Source: Candidatus Saccharimonadota bacterium
GTDB lineage: Bacteria; Patescibacteriota; Gracilibacteria; BD1-5; UBA2023
Reading direction: 5' to 3'
Length of the DNA stretch: 32,000 nt
NCBI GenBank assembly: GCA_046350815.1
Contig: JAXLZO010000001.1
Location: 780,001-812,000 of the forward strand
Shown: positions 1-9,696 of the stretch, piece by piece
Layout: each line of letters begins with the position of its first letter
How positions within the stretch are numbered: position 1 is the stretch's first letter
Notes under the pieces: model-generated
Told to the model about the DNA's origin: nothing
Database searches by the model: none
What the model saw: only the letters and a program-made list of their open reading frames with translations
Translations under genes and position numbers: made by a program

Positions 1-57
1 TGTCAATATTTCTTCGGTATTTTTTAGATGGTGGATATTTTCTCTGTGATTATTGGC

Positions 58-85
58 TTGACTTGTTGCACCTTTTTTCTATGAT
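58..85 (+). promoter_or_regulatory. sigma70-like promoter candidate (TTGACT-16 nt-TATGAT)
   Basis: -35 TTGACT at 58-63 and -10 TATGAT at 80-85, upstream of the SD-led ORF at 125. Confidence 0.35.
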
Positions 86-124
86 ATCGGTCCCTTCCAT
101 TGAGAATAAAAAAAGGAGCTCAAT

Positions 125-517
125 ATGAGCGTGATATTTACACTTGAAACGACAGGAATTTCCCAAGGGGATGCTGAGGAGATACTCAGGGAGTTCCATC
201 AGACGATTGTCTCTCATGCTCAGTCTCTGGGTACGGGCTCTACTATTGTCATCAAGGGGCTTCGATTTCAACGCACAGGTGAACTGCAGATGTCGCCGAT
301 CAACTTGCTTCGGTCTTCTTCGTTTTTCTCACAAGATTCATATTGTGGAGAATCCATCATGACGAATCTTGATGTGCAAATTATAGCTGAGACACTTCGG
401 GAAATTCTTGTTTATCACCATGCACTTGGTGGTGGTTGGATCAAGATTGTCGGACAGGAACCATTTAAAAAAGGTGCCGGTTGGCTTCTCTACGAGTCAT
501 CACCATCGGTGCTGTGA
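125..517 (+). CDS. hypothetical protein (130 aa if UGA 515-517 terminates)
   Basis: ATG 125 is preceded by AAGGAG (113-118) with 6-nt spacing. No family recognised. The only stop is TGA, which is a sense codon elsewhere in this window. Under table 25 the frame stays open into ilvE. Confidence 0.45.
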   Translation: MSVIFTLETTGISQGDAEEILREFHQTIVSHAQSLGTGSTIVIKGLRFQRTGELQMSPINLLRSSSFFSQDSYCGESIMTNLDVQIIAETLREILVYHHALGGGWIKIVGQEPFKKGAGWLLYESSPSVL

Positions 518-534
518 AATTTGGTTTCGAGTCA

Positions 535-566
535 ATCCCACCGCTTGTGGTGGGATTTTTCTTTGT
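535..566 (+). terminator. intrinsic terminator hairpin
   Basis: ATCCCACC (535-542), loop GCTTGT, GGTGGGAT (549-556), then a T-run. Confidence 0.6.
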
Positions 567-607
567 TTTCGCTATACTGAGAGTATATCCCTTACCTACT
601 TTTCTCT

Positions 608-1516
608 ATGGCAAAGACATTTCTTCCCTACGCATATCTTCGTGGAGAATTCCTCCCATTCCAAGATGCTCATATTTCAATCGCTACCCATGCTCTTCAC
701 TATGGTACTGCTGCATTTTGAGGAATACGAGTAGCAATTACGGATGAGTGAAATGCACTCTTCTTTCGTCTCGATGATCATGCAAAGCGACTCTCTCGCA
801 GTGCTCATTATCTTGGGTATGAAATTGATCCTGATTTTATACGATCGCGTCTCATAGAGTTCGTTCAAATGAACAAGCCAACCACTTCTATCTACATTCG
901 GCCTCTCGTCTACACGAGTGACCTCGATATTAGTCCGAGACTTCATAATATCGAGAAAGATTTTCTCATCTACGGTATCGAGCTTGGTGACTATCTCAGT
1001 GCAGATGGAGTGAGTGCGACGATCAGTTCTTGGGTTCGCCAGAGTGATGCATCGTTTCCACTGCGTGCGAAGATCTCTGGTGGTTATATCACGAGTGCTC
1101 TTGCTAAGAGTGAAGCGGTTGAGCGATGATTTGACGAAGCGCTCATGATGAACTCAGCTGGTAAACTCTCCGAAGGAAGTGGAATGAATGTATTTCTTGT
1201 TCGTGATGGCACCATTATCACTCCTGGAGTTACTGAGGATATTCTTGAGGGGATCACTCGATCGAGCGTGATGAGTATTGCACGACATCTCGGATATGAG
1301 GTGGTTGAGCGAAGTGTGGATAAGAGTGAGCTTTTTATCGCTGATGAGGTTTTCTTGACTGGTACGGCCGCTCGCATTACCCCAATTCATAAGATTGAAC
1401 AGTATCATCTTCCGAGTGATCGTCCGGTTTTCTCAACGATTAAGTCCTATATGAATACTATTTTCAATCAGGAAGCGACCCCATTTTCTCATTGGATCGA
1501 AGAAGTGAAAATCTAG
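608..1516 (+). CDS. ilvE: branched-chain amino acid aminotransferase
   Basis: Frame-2 fragments (608.., 869..1129, 1145..1516) join across 3 in-frame TGA. N-terminus reads MAKTFLPYAYLRGEFLPFQDAHISIATHALHYGTAAF-G-GIR. C-terminal half reads EGSGMNVFLVRDGTIITP..EGITR..FLTGTAARITPI. Stop is TAG at 1514-1516. Confidence 0.9.
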
Positions 1517-1589
1517 AAGATTTTGGGGTTGCATAAATTCCGCTCTGTTGGAGGTGTGCTCGTAGGGCTGGGTGGTTTTATTTGTATCG

Positions 1590-2069
1590 TATCGAAAAAG
1601 AAGATCCTGAATCAAGTTCAGGATGACGATTTTTTCATCTCGACCATAGGGAGATAAGCATGAGTAATCCAGTGAATCGCATAGACGCGATGAGTCATGA
1701 ATCTCTTATACTTAACGTTCGGTGATTCGATCTTATGTAAGAGATCTCTCGTTCATCGAGATGACAGTTTTTCCCACTCTGTCATTCCCGCGGAGGCGGG
1801 AATCTCGTTGATGGATGGTAGAATCAAGAGGAAATCTCAGTAGTAGATCCCCGCCTCCGCGAGGATGACAAATTAAATTAATAGGAGGATGATAGAGGAT
1901 GACATATTTGATACGAGAAAGCCCCCTCAATGAGGGGGAGTAGAACAGGAGAGATTTCATTCTCTTTATAAGGATAAGGGGGTTATACTCTCTCTCCACT
2001 CATTGAATAGAGAGGTTATATTCTTCCCCTCTTGAGGGGTGCCGAAGGCGGGGTGGATGTATTGTCTTG
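1590..2069. repeat. mosaic cluster of short palindromic repeat modules (cluster A, left part)
   Basis: Several distinct hairpin modules. They include GTCATTCCCGCGGAGGCGGGAATC (1781-1804) and its inverted partner GATCCCCGCCTCCGCGAGGATGACA (1846-1870), also CCCCCTCAATGAGGGGG and TTCTTCCCCTCTTGAGGGGTG (2021-2041). Modules recur in clusters at 9100-9455 and 11860-12370. Confidence 0.8.
1600..1627 (+). repeat. 28-nt hairpin repeat GAAGATCCTGAATCAAGTTCAGGATGAC, copy 1
   Basis: Identical to the copies at 2833, 9425 and 12267. Stem ATCCTGAA/TTCAGGAT. Followed by GATTTTTT, so it is terminator-like downstream of ilvE. Confidence 0.85.
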
Positions 2070-2786
2070 GGGTCTAGACTAGCAAATTTTTAAAAATAGC
2101 TTTTTTTGCGAGTCTGAAATTTTTATAATTGTATCGAAATTCGCACTCTTTCAAATGAAGATGAAATTTATCTGGGGCAATCCCATTAAACTTTGCCATT
2201 CTTCTTTTGCAGAAACTCCAGAAAGATTCAATACCATTCACATGATTCTTTCCTCTGGCAAACTCATTCTCACTGTGAAATACCCTATAGTGATCATATC
2301 CATTTAAAACAAGAGAATCATATGCTTTCCATCCATCCGTATAGATGGTAGATCATTCCAGTATTTTCCCATGAATAATTGGCATAAGTTCACTTCTGGA
2401 GCAGTTCTCTACAATACTTACAAATACTCTTCCATCTCGCTTGAGAAGTCCAAACACTGGTGTTTTTCCTGCAGCTCACCTTCCTCTTTTTCATCTAACC
2501 CGACGAGCACCAAAGTAACTTTCATCCAGTTCAAATTCTCATCAGAATTCATACCTTTCTTTGAAACTCTTTGATTCCTCAATGGAAATTCGCACAATAG
2601 CCTCTCGAAATCGGTTATACCAAAGATTCACACTATTACGATTTATCCCCATAATTTTTGCTGTCTGAGTAGCAGTAAAATCCTCAAAAAAATAGTAAAA
2701 AATTCTTCAAATTTTATAAGTCGATAATTTTGTCTATTTGATCATAAGCAAATAGTGTAAGAAGTACTATTTGCTAGTCAAGACCC
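2070..2786 (-). mobile_element. IS1595-family insertion sequence (717 bp, IS1016-like size)
   Basis: Terminal inverted repeats GGGTCTAGACTAGCAAAT (2070-2087) and the reverse complement of 2769-2786, GGGTCTTGACTAGCAAAT (17/18 match). Flanking 7-bp direct repeat TGTCTTG at 2063-2069 and 2787-2793. Encodes a single DDE transposase. Confidence 0.9.
2074..2652 (-). CDS. IS1595-family DDE transposase (192 aa from the first ATG)
   Basis: Minus-strand frame with 5 in-frame TGA, all at Gly positions. It reads ..ELDESYFGARRVR-G-KRGR-G-AAGKTPVFGLL..STIYTDGWKAYD..HVNGIESFWSFCKRR. Stop is TAG at 2074-2076. An HTH-like segment (EDFTATQTAKI) lies upstream of the first ATG but has no canonical start, so the N-terminus is uncertain. 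Confidence 0.85.
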
Positions 2787-2870
2787 TGTCTTGTTTTCTT
2801 CTTCGAAATATGCTCTCTTAGGAGTTGATATGGAAGATCCTGAATCAAGTTCAGGATGACGATTTTTTGT
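2787..2870. repeat. repeat cluster A, right part (split from the left part by the IS)
   Basis: Begins with the TSD copy TGTCTTG and contains 28-nt hairpin copy 2. Confidence 0.7.
2833..2860 (+). repeat. 28-nt hairpin repeat, copy 2
   Basis: Exact copy, followed by GATTTTTTG. Confidence 0.85.
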
Positions 2871-3067
2871 CTATCATCTCCTTTCACAACCCTTGACATA
2901 TCTACTAATATTGACGCCTCTGCACACATGGCTACACTTGGCATCAGTTCAAAAATATATCCCCTCCAGGAGAGGGGATATATAGCACTCTCTCAAGAAT
3001 CCTAAAACAAAAAAATGCCAAATATACGTAAGAAAGTGAAAACGTGAAAAAATAATTAAAAATCTAC

Positions 3068-3095
3068 TTGACGCACGATATAGATATGCTATACT
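3068..3095 (+). promoter_or_regulatory. sigma70-like promoter candidate with extended -10
   Basis: TTGACG (3068-3073), 16-nt spacer, TGCTATACT (-10 TATACT at 3090-3095), about 30 nt upstream of the large ORF. Confidence 0.45.
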
Positions 3096-3120
3096 TTGAA
3101 AGTTTACATATATCTTTACT

Positions 3121-6100
3121 GTGTCGTATATGGCATGGCGCAATCTCTTTGGGAATCGTGATCAAAAGGTTACCGATTCGGAACAAGTAGCAATTGACTC
3201 GATAGCTCGTGAACTCGAGCGATCTGAGACTCCTACTGGGGCAATCAGCACATTGAGTGCCAAGGTTCGTAAGATGATCAATACGGTTGCATCCCGTATT
3301 CGTAGTGTTGTTGGTGGATCGAGTGATGTAGCAAAAGCTGCTGTCCTTGCTGCTGCAGCTGGTGCCACCCAGATGTCTGCTCATGCCGGACAAGATTTTC
3401 AGCCAAATCAGAATCTTGGTAGCAATATGCAAACGACAAAAAAGATTGATCGAGATGGTGGAAGTCCTCTCATATTAACTGGTGGAGTAGTGCAAGATGG
3501 TGATAAGGTGGGTCCTTCGCTTCAAGTGCGAGTTGAGAGTCCTGATCATGCAAGTGCTCTTGGTGGGTCGCTACGTTATACTGATGGTCATGCTCAGTTG
3601 AGTGGAAGTGGTGCACGTACACTTTTAAACGGTACTGTGACGGTAGGTGGGTGAATTCTTCTTGATCGACGGGATGCGCAAGATATTTTTGGCTCGAATG
3701 TGGGAAATGGTCCGCTACAGGGTGTGCAGGGTACTTTTCGTAGTGCTTATACTCCAGGTGATGGACGTACATCCCTTGATCTTGGCGCGAGCTATAAAAA
3801 GACCCTTGATGCTATTCTTGGAAATAATACCACTCTAACATCGAGTCAAACAACTGTTGATACGGGTACTTCTATTAACACTATTCAAACTGATACCACT
3901 ACTACAACACAAACACGATTTGATGGAAAGAGTGTTTCAGATATATCTCTTTGAGGTACACAGCATTGGGACAATGATCATCAAGCATTCTCATTTAGCA
4001 CCAAATACCGTCACACAACGGGTGAACCATCGGAGCTCGGTAGCAATCTACGCTATCAGATTATTGGAAATGGTTTTGGTGGAGAGGAGGGCCGTAACCG
4101 ATTTAGCGCACAGCTTTCTGCAAATGATCTCGGCATGAAAAATCCAACCTATGGTATCAATGTTTCACACGCCGTAGGCCCTCATGGATCGATCGGTTTG
4201 ACGGCAGGTAAGACTGAAGGAAGTGATCCTTTTTTCGGAGCGACTTATTCGTATTCATTCGACGGCAAGAGAGCAAGTAATTTTTCTCTTCCAACAACTA
4301 CACAGCAAACAGCTGGAAACATGGTTGCTGACATGAATAATGAAGGGCAAAACCCAAATATTTTTCCATATCGACAGCTCGGCAATCTCCATAATACTAC
4401 AACCGTCACTCAAGTGAGTAAGGTAGTCAGCTCTGTAGCAAAGACTCTCATTACTCCATCCGCTTCTTCGATCTCTCTCAAGGCAGGTGAGACCAAAGAT
4501 ATAGAGATATCTGTTCAGGGTGGTGTTCAACCAGTCGTCACGACTGATGGTGGCGTTATTGCTGATCTCATTCCTGTTGCAACAGCTCAACCATCAGAAG
4601 TTGCTGTTGGTGTGATGACGACTTCTGCACAAGATGCTGGAGCAAAAAAATTTATTGTTCGTATCACTGCTCCTATCGATGCATCTCGGACGAGTGCAAC
4701 CGTGACAGTGAGTGCTGGTAATACAAAGGTAGATATTCCGACGAAGATCACAGGAATTATCAATCAGGCTCCCGTGGCAAATCAAGATTCTGCGACCACC
4801 GATAGCAATACTCCTATTGAGATCGCCGTGCTCAAGAATGACAAAGATCCTGAAAGTCAATCCCTCTCGATTGTGAGTGCAACGGTTGCTCCGGATGAGG
4901 GTAGTGTTCTTGTTACCGCGAATAATACCATATCGTTCACACCAAAACCTGGATTTGTCGGAACAGCAGTTATTTCTTACACTGCCAAAGATAGTCAAGG
5001 CGCACTGTCGAATTCCACTTTTGTGAGTGTGAAAGTGAACGCAGTGATTGATCCGAATGCATTTACGGTAGTGGTATCTCAGCCAGAGGTTATTCTGGAG
5101 CCAAATAGTGAGACGAGTATTAGCCTCATCGCTAATGCTCGCATCCTGAGTGTGACTCCTCTCAAGCTCCCAAATGGAATTACCATCAATTTCAATCAGG
5201 AAATACCACGATCCCTCCTCGCATTTGCATCGATGAATAGAATGGCGGTTACTACCATGGTCAAATCGGTTATTGCCGAGACCCCAGATCAATCTATACA
5301 AGTCATGACGGGTGATGATGTAACTCCAGGTATACATACGATCCGAATGACGATCGTATCCGAGAATGGAGATTCAAAAATCGTCACTATGAATGTGGTC
5401 GTACCAGAAAAACAAGATGCAGGGACGGTCAATCTCGCTCCAACAGCTACGATTGGTGCGGATAAGACAAGCGTATCCGTAACGAACAATATCTCCGATG
5501 ATGATGGCATGAGCAATGTCGTCTATATTCTCGTGGATTCTCAGGGACGTCAATATGTTCAATCAAATGGTGACTTCTCAGGAGTTGTACCTGGTGTCGC
5601 TACCGTCCATACTGAAGCTCTCGTCGTCAATGCGAAGACTGGTAATTCTGAGCTTGTTGTGAGTCCAAGTGCCACTGTCACGATCGAAGAACCGCCAAAA
5701 ACTGATGCCGCAACCGAATATTCTCCTCGTAGTGTAAGTGCCAACGGTACAGTCATTACGGTAACAAATCCAAGTGCCTATGCTACTGATGCTGATGGCA
5801 AGACAAGTGTTACTGTCTACCTTTCAAAAGGTAGCTACCGTCTTGCACTCACACCAGCCTCAGGAGACGCTATCTTTAATCTTGAATCAATGGGTGTAGC
5901 ACCGAAGGATCTCTCGGGAAGTTGGACGGTCGAGGTTGAGCCAACTGTGCCAAATGGTGCAACTGGGCAAAATCAAATCGGGGAGATTCAACGATCGAGT
6001 GTCGAGGTGCAGTATAATCTCAACGAATCTGGACCAACAATTAGTACCCCTACGGTAACATGATGAGTAGTTGCATATATCGATGGTATTTATGTTGCTG

Positions 6101-6363
6101 CTACTGATCTTGGTGATATTACGATTGGGAATCTTTCGGCAAATGATCCAGATGGTATAGGGTCTTATATTATTGCAAGTCAGCTCTTTTGAGTTCTGGC
6201 AAGTGGTAGTGGTCAACTGCCAACAGACGTAACTATACCTCAATCAACTTTTCGAGACAAGTGAATCTTTTGAAAAGATGATATAATTTCTATTCTTGTA
6301 ACTGATAATAACCTTCAGCCAAAAAGTAGCGAATCAAGGATCAAGATAGGTTTTCATAACTAG
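3121..6363 (+). CDS. large surface/adhesin-like protein with Ig-like and cadherin-like regions (1080 aa)
   Basis: Frame-1 fragments 3121..3654, 3700..3954 and 4135..6063, plus a tail to TAG 6361-6363, join across 7 in-frame TGA. A cadherin-like/tandem-95-type segment at about 4768-5040 reads VANQDSATTDSNTPIEIAVLKNDKDPESQSLSIVSAT..FTPKPGFVGTAVISYTAKD. The start may instead be ATG 3130. No obvious signal peptide. Confidence 0.75.
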
Positions 6364-6366
6364 TAA

Positions 6367-6415
6367 AGCTACTATAAGACCATCTCATATTTTATGAGAT
6401 GGTCTTATAGTAGCT
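6367..6415. terminator. perfect 22-bp-stem hairpin between convergent genes (bidirectional terminator candidate)
   Basis: AGCTACTATAAGACCATCTCAT (6367-6388), loop ATTTT, ATGAGATGGTCTTATAGTAGCT (6394-6415). Confidence 0.6.
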
Positions 6416-6808
6416 AAGAATATTCTTCAATTTTTTGCTATTGGATTGATGTTTCAAAATATCTCTTTCCCACTGAGGACGGAATCATCTCCAGTCCATC
6501 GGAGAATATCCATATGATGCAAGCCAGAGGTTTGCATAAGCCCAACATGCTCGACGATTCCCATCATAGAATGGATGAATATGGAGTACATCGATGGTCC
6601 ATGCAAGGATCGATTCGGGAGTATTCTCCGTGCGAGCAAAGAGCTCATTAAGGAGTTGTTCAATCATATGTGCTGAGGCAAAAGTATAGGGTCATCACTG
6701 AGCGGGTATCGTGCGTTTGAGTCATGCTATAGGGGCAAGATCAGTATGTTCGAACATCTTACGGTGACTATCCATGAGTTGCAACGGATCATGATGGTTG
6801 TGGGACAT
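6392..6808 (-). CDS. small Fic/Doc-family protein
   Basis: Fic-type motif HPFYDGNRR encoded at 6551-6577. Fragments join across 4 in-frame TGA. Stop is TAA at 6392-6394. Alternative start ATG at 6775 overlaps the upstream gene's stop (ATGGATAG). Size is 127-138 aa, similar to Doc. Confidence 0.7.
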
Positions 6809-8618
6809 AATGAATAATAAAGGAACGAATACTTCATTTGAAAATGGAACTGTCACCAAGAGGTGTTATATCACTGTTACGGCCTAATGTAAGGGTACAA
6901 GTGTTTCATTGTATTACTGTGGAGAAAAATGATTGTTCTATTGGCTCTGTTCCAATAATTTTTCTAGTATTTGTGCGCATTACACTGTCCGTGCATTCGA
7001 TATATGTTATCACTTGTCATCTAGTTGATGGATACTTTCAAGGATATATAGTAATAGTGCTGCCAGAGAGATCCTTGAGTGGATATTGAAGCAACCTACT
7101 TCAATTGGTTCCAGAAGACGTATAGGTATAACCTGTAGAGGTTGGTGCATCAAAAATTCTATCTAATTCTTGAGCGTATATGCCTCCAGTATAATTAAGA
7201 ATATTATAGTTTGCATTGTTAGTATCTGTGAAATCAACTCAATAGTCTCCAGGATTTAGACATCCGATATATTTAGAAATATATTTTCCTTGTCATGGGC
7301 ACAGTGCATTTATTTCACTTGTATTTCAGGTTGGTTCGGTTCTTGTAAATTCATCGAGAACCTTTGTTTCGGTTGGATTGATACTATTTGTGGGAAGATT
7401 TGTATATCCGCTACCAGTACGAATCGCTCCACTATTGGTTCTGAGCCAGCTTCCTGTCATAGATATCACTTTGAGATTACCACGATCAAATCGGTAGAGG
7501 TCATCCCAATCTTTAAGATCCGCGAGGGTTGCAAGTCGGACAAATTCATTTCCACTATAGATTATATCGGGAGTTTTAGTCATCGTAGAACTTGGAATCT
7601 CCCGAATATCTTGAATTCCATAGAACGCATCATCTGCTGCATCTATTTTGTTGATGTATTCGGTGGAGTTGATAATACCTGAATCCCTATTTATTCGAGC
7701 ATCCTTCCTTGTGTTTATGTATTGATTGGCTCGAAGAGTTGATTCTTTCATTTGTACATACTTTGCAATTGGTATAGATTCCTGACGAATCGCTCCACTT
7801 GCAAGGAGAGTCATGACTCATAATGATGAGGTGGGACTTGGGAGTGTTCCAGAGTCGAGAGCGATAGCATCGAGTGTACCGCTACTAGTGTTTCGTCCTA
7901 CATAGACTGATGTTCCACGAACACCAACAGAGCCTTCTTGACTTGATATATTAAAATAGGAGTCATCAGTGATAGGTTTGAGTACACGAGCCCAGAGTTC
8001 ACCTTGATTGAGAGTAACATCTGTAGTACCAGATCAGCTCGGAGTTCACGCTGATCGAAGCGTGATGGTGGTATTTGCAGCAAGACGTACGATAGAGTGA
8101 TCGACAAAGTAGAGTGATGACATGGAGCAACCACCCGTTTCAAGTTTGTCTCATTCTCGTATGTCTTGTGCATCAGTTGTCCCAATAGGAGTACCATTAA
8201 TTTTGACGGATCCTGTACATGCTACATCGACATCTCGAATCGTTGCAAGAATTGCCTTTATGCGTAGCGTGCTTGATTGTTGGGCATTGCAGCTATAAGT
8301 GCCACTTCGATTAATATTCGTGAGAAATTTATACGCTCCTGTTGAAGTTTGTCCACATGCAAATCAAGTTGTTGATTGTACATATAAACTTCCAGTAAAA
8401 CCCCCAAGTTGCATAGTTTTCCGTACGAAATCATTTGTTTCCCAATTGTTCCCAAGAATTTTTACAAAAGCATTCCCAAGTGTTTGAGGAACATCATCCG
8501 GTATGCCATTATCAGAGTTTGTAGCAACAACTATAAGCGTACCAAGTGAGATAATAGAAAATAAAGCTCAAAGTATATAAGCTATTTTCTTTCCTCAGAG
8601 TTTATGAATTCGATGCAT
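6768..8618 (-). CDS. FecR-domain-containing membrane-anchored protein (616 aa)
   Basis: One minus-strand frame from ATG 8618 to TAG 6768-6770 contains the 7326..7814 fragment and 16 in-frame TGA. N-terminal hydrophobic anchor KKIAYILGALFSIISLGTLIVVA. FecR-like segment at about 7899-8210: GDKLETGG..LYFVDHSIVRLAANTTITL..LNQGELWARV..GVRGTSVYV. Confidence 0.7.
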
Positions 8619-8641
8619 AAATTGGAAATGATTATATAAAA

Positions 8642-8983
8642 CTATGGAGCTGTAGAAATTGGTTTGCAGTATATATTTCCTGCAGCATCAATTTTATTAA
8701 TTGCTTCACCAGCACTACATCCAGTTGTGTTTGTTAGTAGCATAAGCTTACTACTATCGGCTACACCGCTCAGTGTAAGAGCATTATTCACAGTTCCATC
8801 GTTAGGATTCATCCAATCACCTGATACAAGTATTTTATTGAGAGCTTCGCCAAATTTACCACCCGTTGGACCGGAAGCAAAAGCAATACTACTCACCACA
8901 ACAGCACCCACACCGATAGTGACACCTGCACCAAGTATGAGTCCGCGAGCAAAATCATAAGAGAGTTCCTTGATATGAGACAT
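8642..8983 (-). CDS. hypothetical membrane-anchored/secreted protein (113 aa)
   Basis: Intact ORF with no TGA and a TAG stop. Hydrophobic segment GLILGAGVTIGVGAVVVSSIAFA. Lies 23 nt upstream of the FecR-domain gene on the same strand. Confidence 0.6.
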   Translation of the reverse strand: MSHIKELSYDFARGLILGAGVTIGVGAVVVSSIAFASGPTGGKFGEALNKILVSGDWMNPNDGTVNNALTLSGVADSSKLMLLTNTTGCSAGEAINKIDAAGNIYCKPISTAP

Positions 8984-9099
8984 AGGAAGAAGAATGAAAA
9001 TATATCACGATTTATTATGGCATATAATTTCTTATGGAACAATTTTTGATGTTCATTTTTCGTTGACGAGTATGTATTGAGTGTTTTGGTATAGGAAAT

Positions 9100-9455
9100 G
9101 GAAAATCTCCGACTTATCGCGTTAGTGCGATGCACTGGATTGCTGAAACTCGCTGGATCAAGTTCGAAATGACAAACTTTTGTCATTTCGACTATTGGGA
9201 GAAATCCCTTATAGTTCTGTTTTTGGTGGTAGTTTTTTGTATCAGAGATCTCCCCTAACGTCGAGATGACAGAATGTGGTAAAGAGAGATCCCCGCCTCC
9301 GCGAGGATGACATATTTGATTCAAAGAAATACAACTGAGATTGTTAGTGCGTCATGGTGGTGTGCGACCAAATGAAGTCCAGCGAGTGTAACGAGTCGGG
9401 GGATGCCTTTTGTGAAGAGAAGTGGAAGATCCTGAATCAAGTTCAGGATGACGCT
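9100..9455. repeat. mosaic palindromic repeat cluster C
   Basis: Contains TCGAAATGACAAA-CTT-TTGTCATTTCGA, GATCCCCGCCTCCGCGAGGATGACA (9288-9312, identical to 1846-1870), a GCGACC..GAAGTCCAGCGA..GAGTCGGGGGA unit, and 28-nt hairpin copy 3. Confidence 0.8.
9425..9452 (+). repeat. 28-nt hairpin repeat, copy 3
   Basis: Exact copy. Confidence 0.85.
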
Positions 9456-9696
9456 TTGTTTTATATTTTATCTGTCACTCCCGTTATACGTAAAGTATAT
9501 ACATAAAATTGAAAATCACTGTAATAACAGCGGATGAAGGAGTGTATTTATAATGAATAAAAGATGATAGAAAAATGCTGTCAATACTTCTTTTCGACAT
9601 GGGAGAGTTATTATGATAGACTGATAATAATTCTTCGAAATATCTATGTCATTTCGCACCAATTGGCAAAATTTTCGCTCAACAATGGAGCCTCAT

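Noticed and set aside
1-27. Possible 3' end of an upstream plus-strand gene (frame 1 ends at TAG 25-27)
   Set aside because: Only 8 codons are visible, which is not enough to support a call.
1733-1999. ORFs spanning the repeat clusters (1733-1999, 8893-9324, 11584-12233, 12262-12570), several sharing peptide strings such as CHPRGGGDL
   Set aside because: The shared peptides are simply translations of the repeated palindromic DNA modules. There are no consistent frames, starts or SD sites, and the modules occur in both orientations.
4594-5337. 247-aa minus-strand ORF, plus other antisense ORFs at 4255-4590, 5289-5756 and 5887-6243
   Set aside because: They lie antisense to the strongly coding frame of the 1080-aa surface protein. 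Their sequences are Cys/Arg/His/Ile-rich low-complexity with no motif. These are shadow ORFs.
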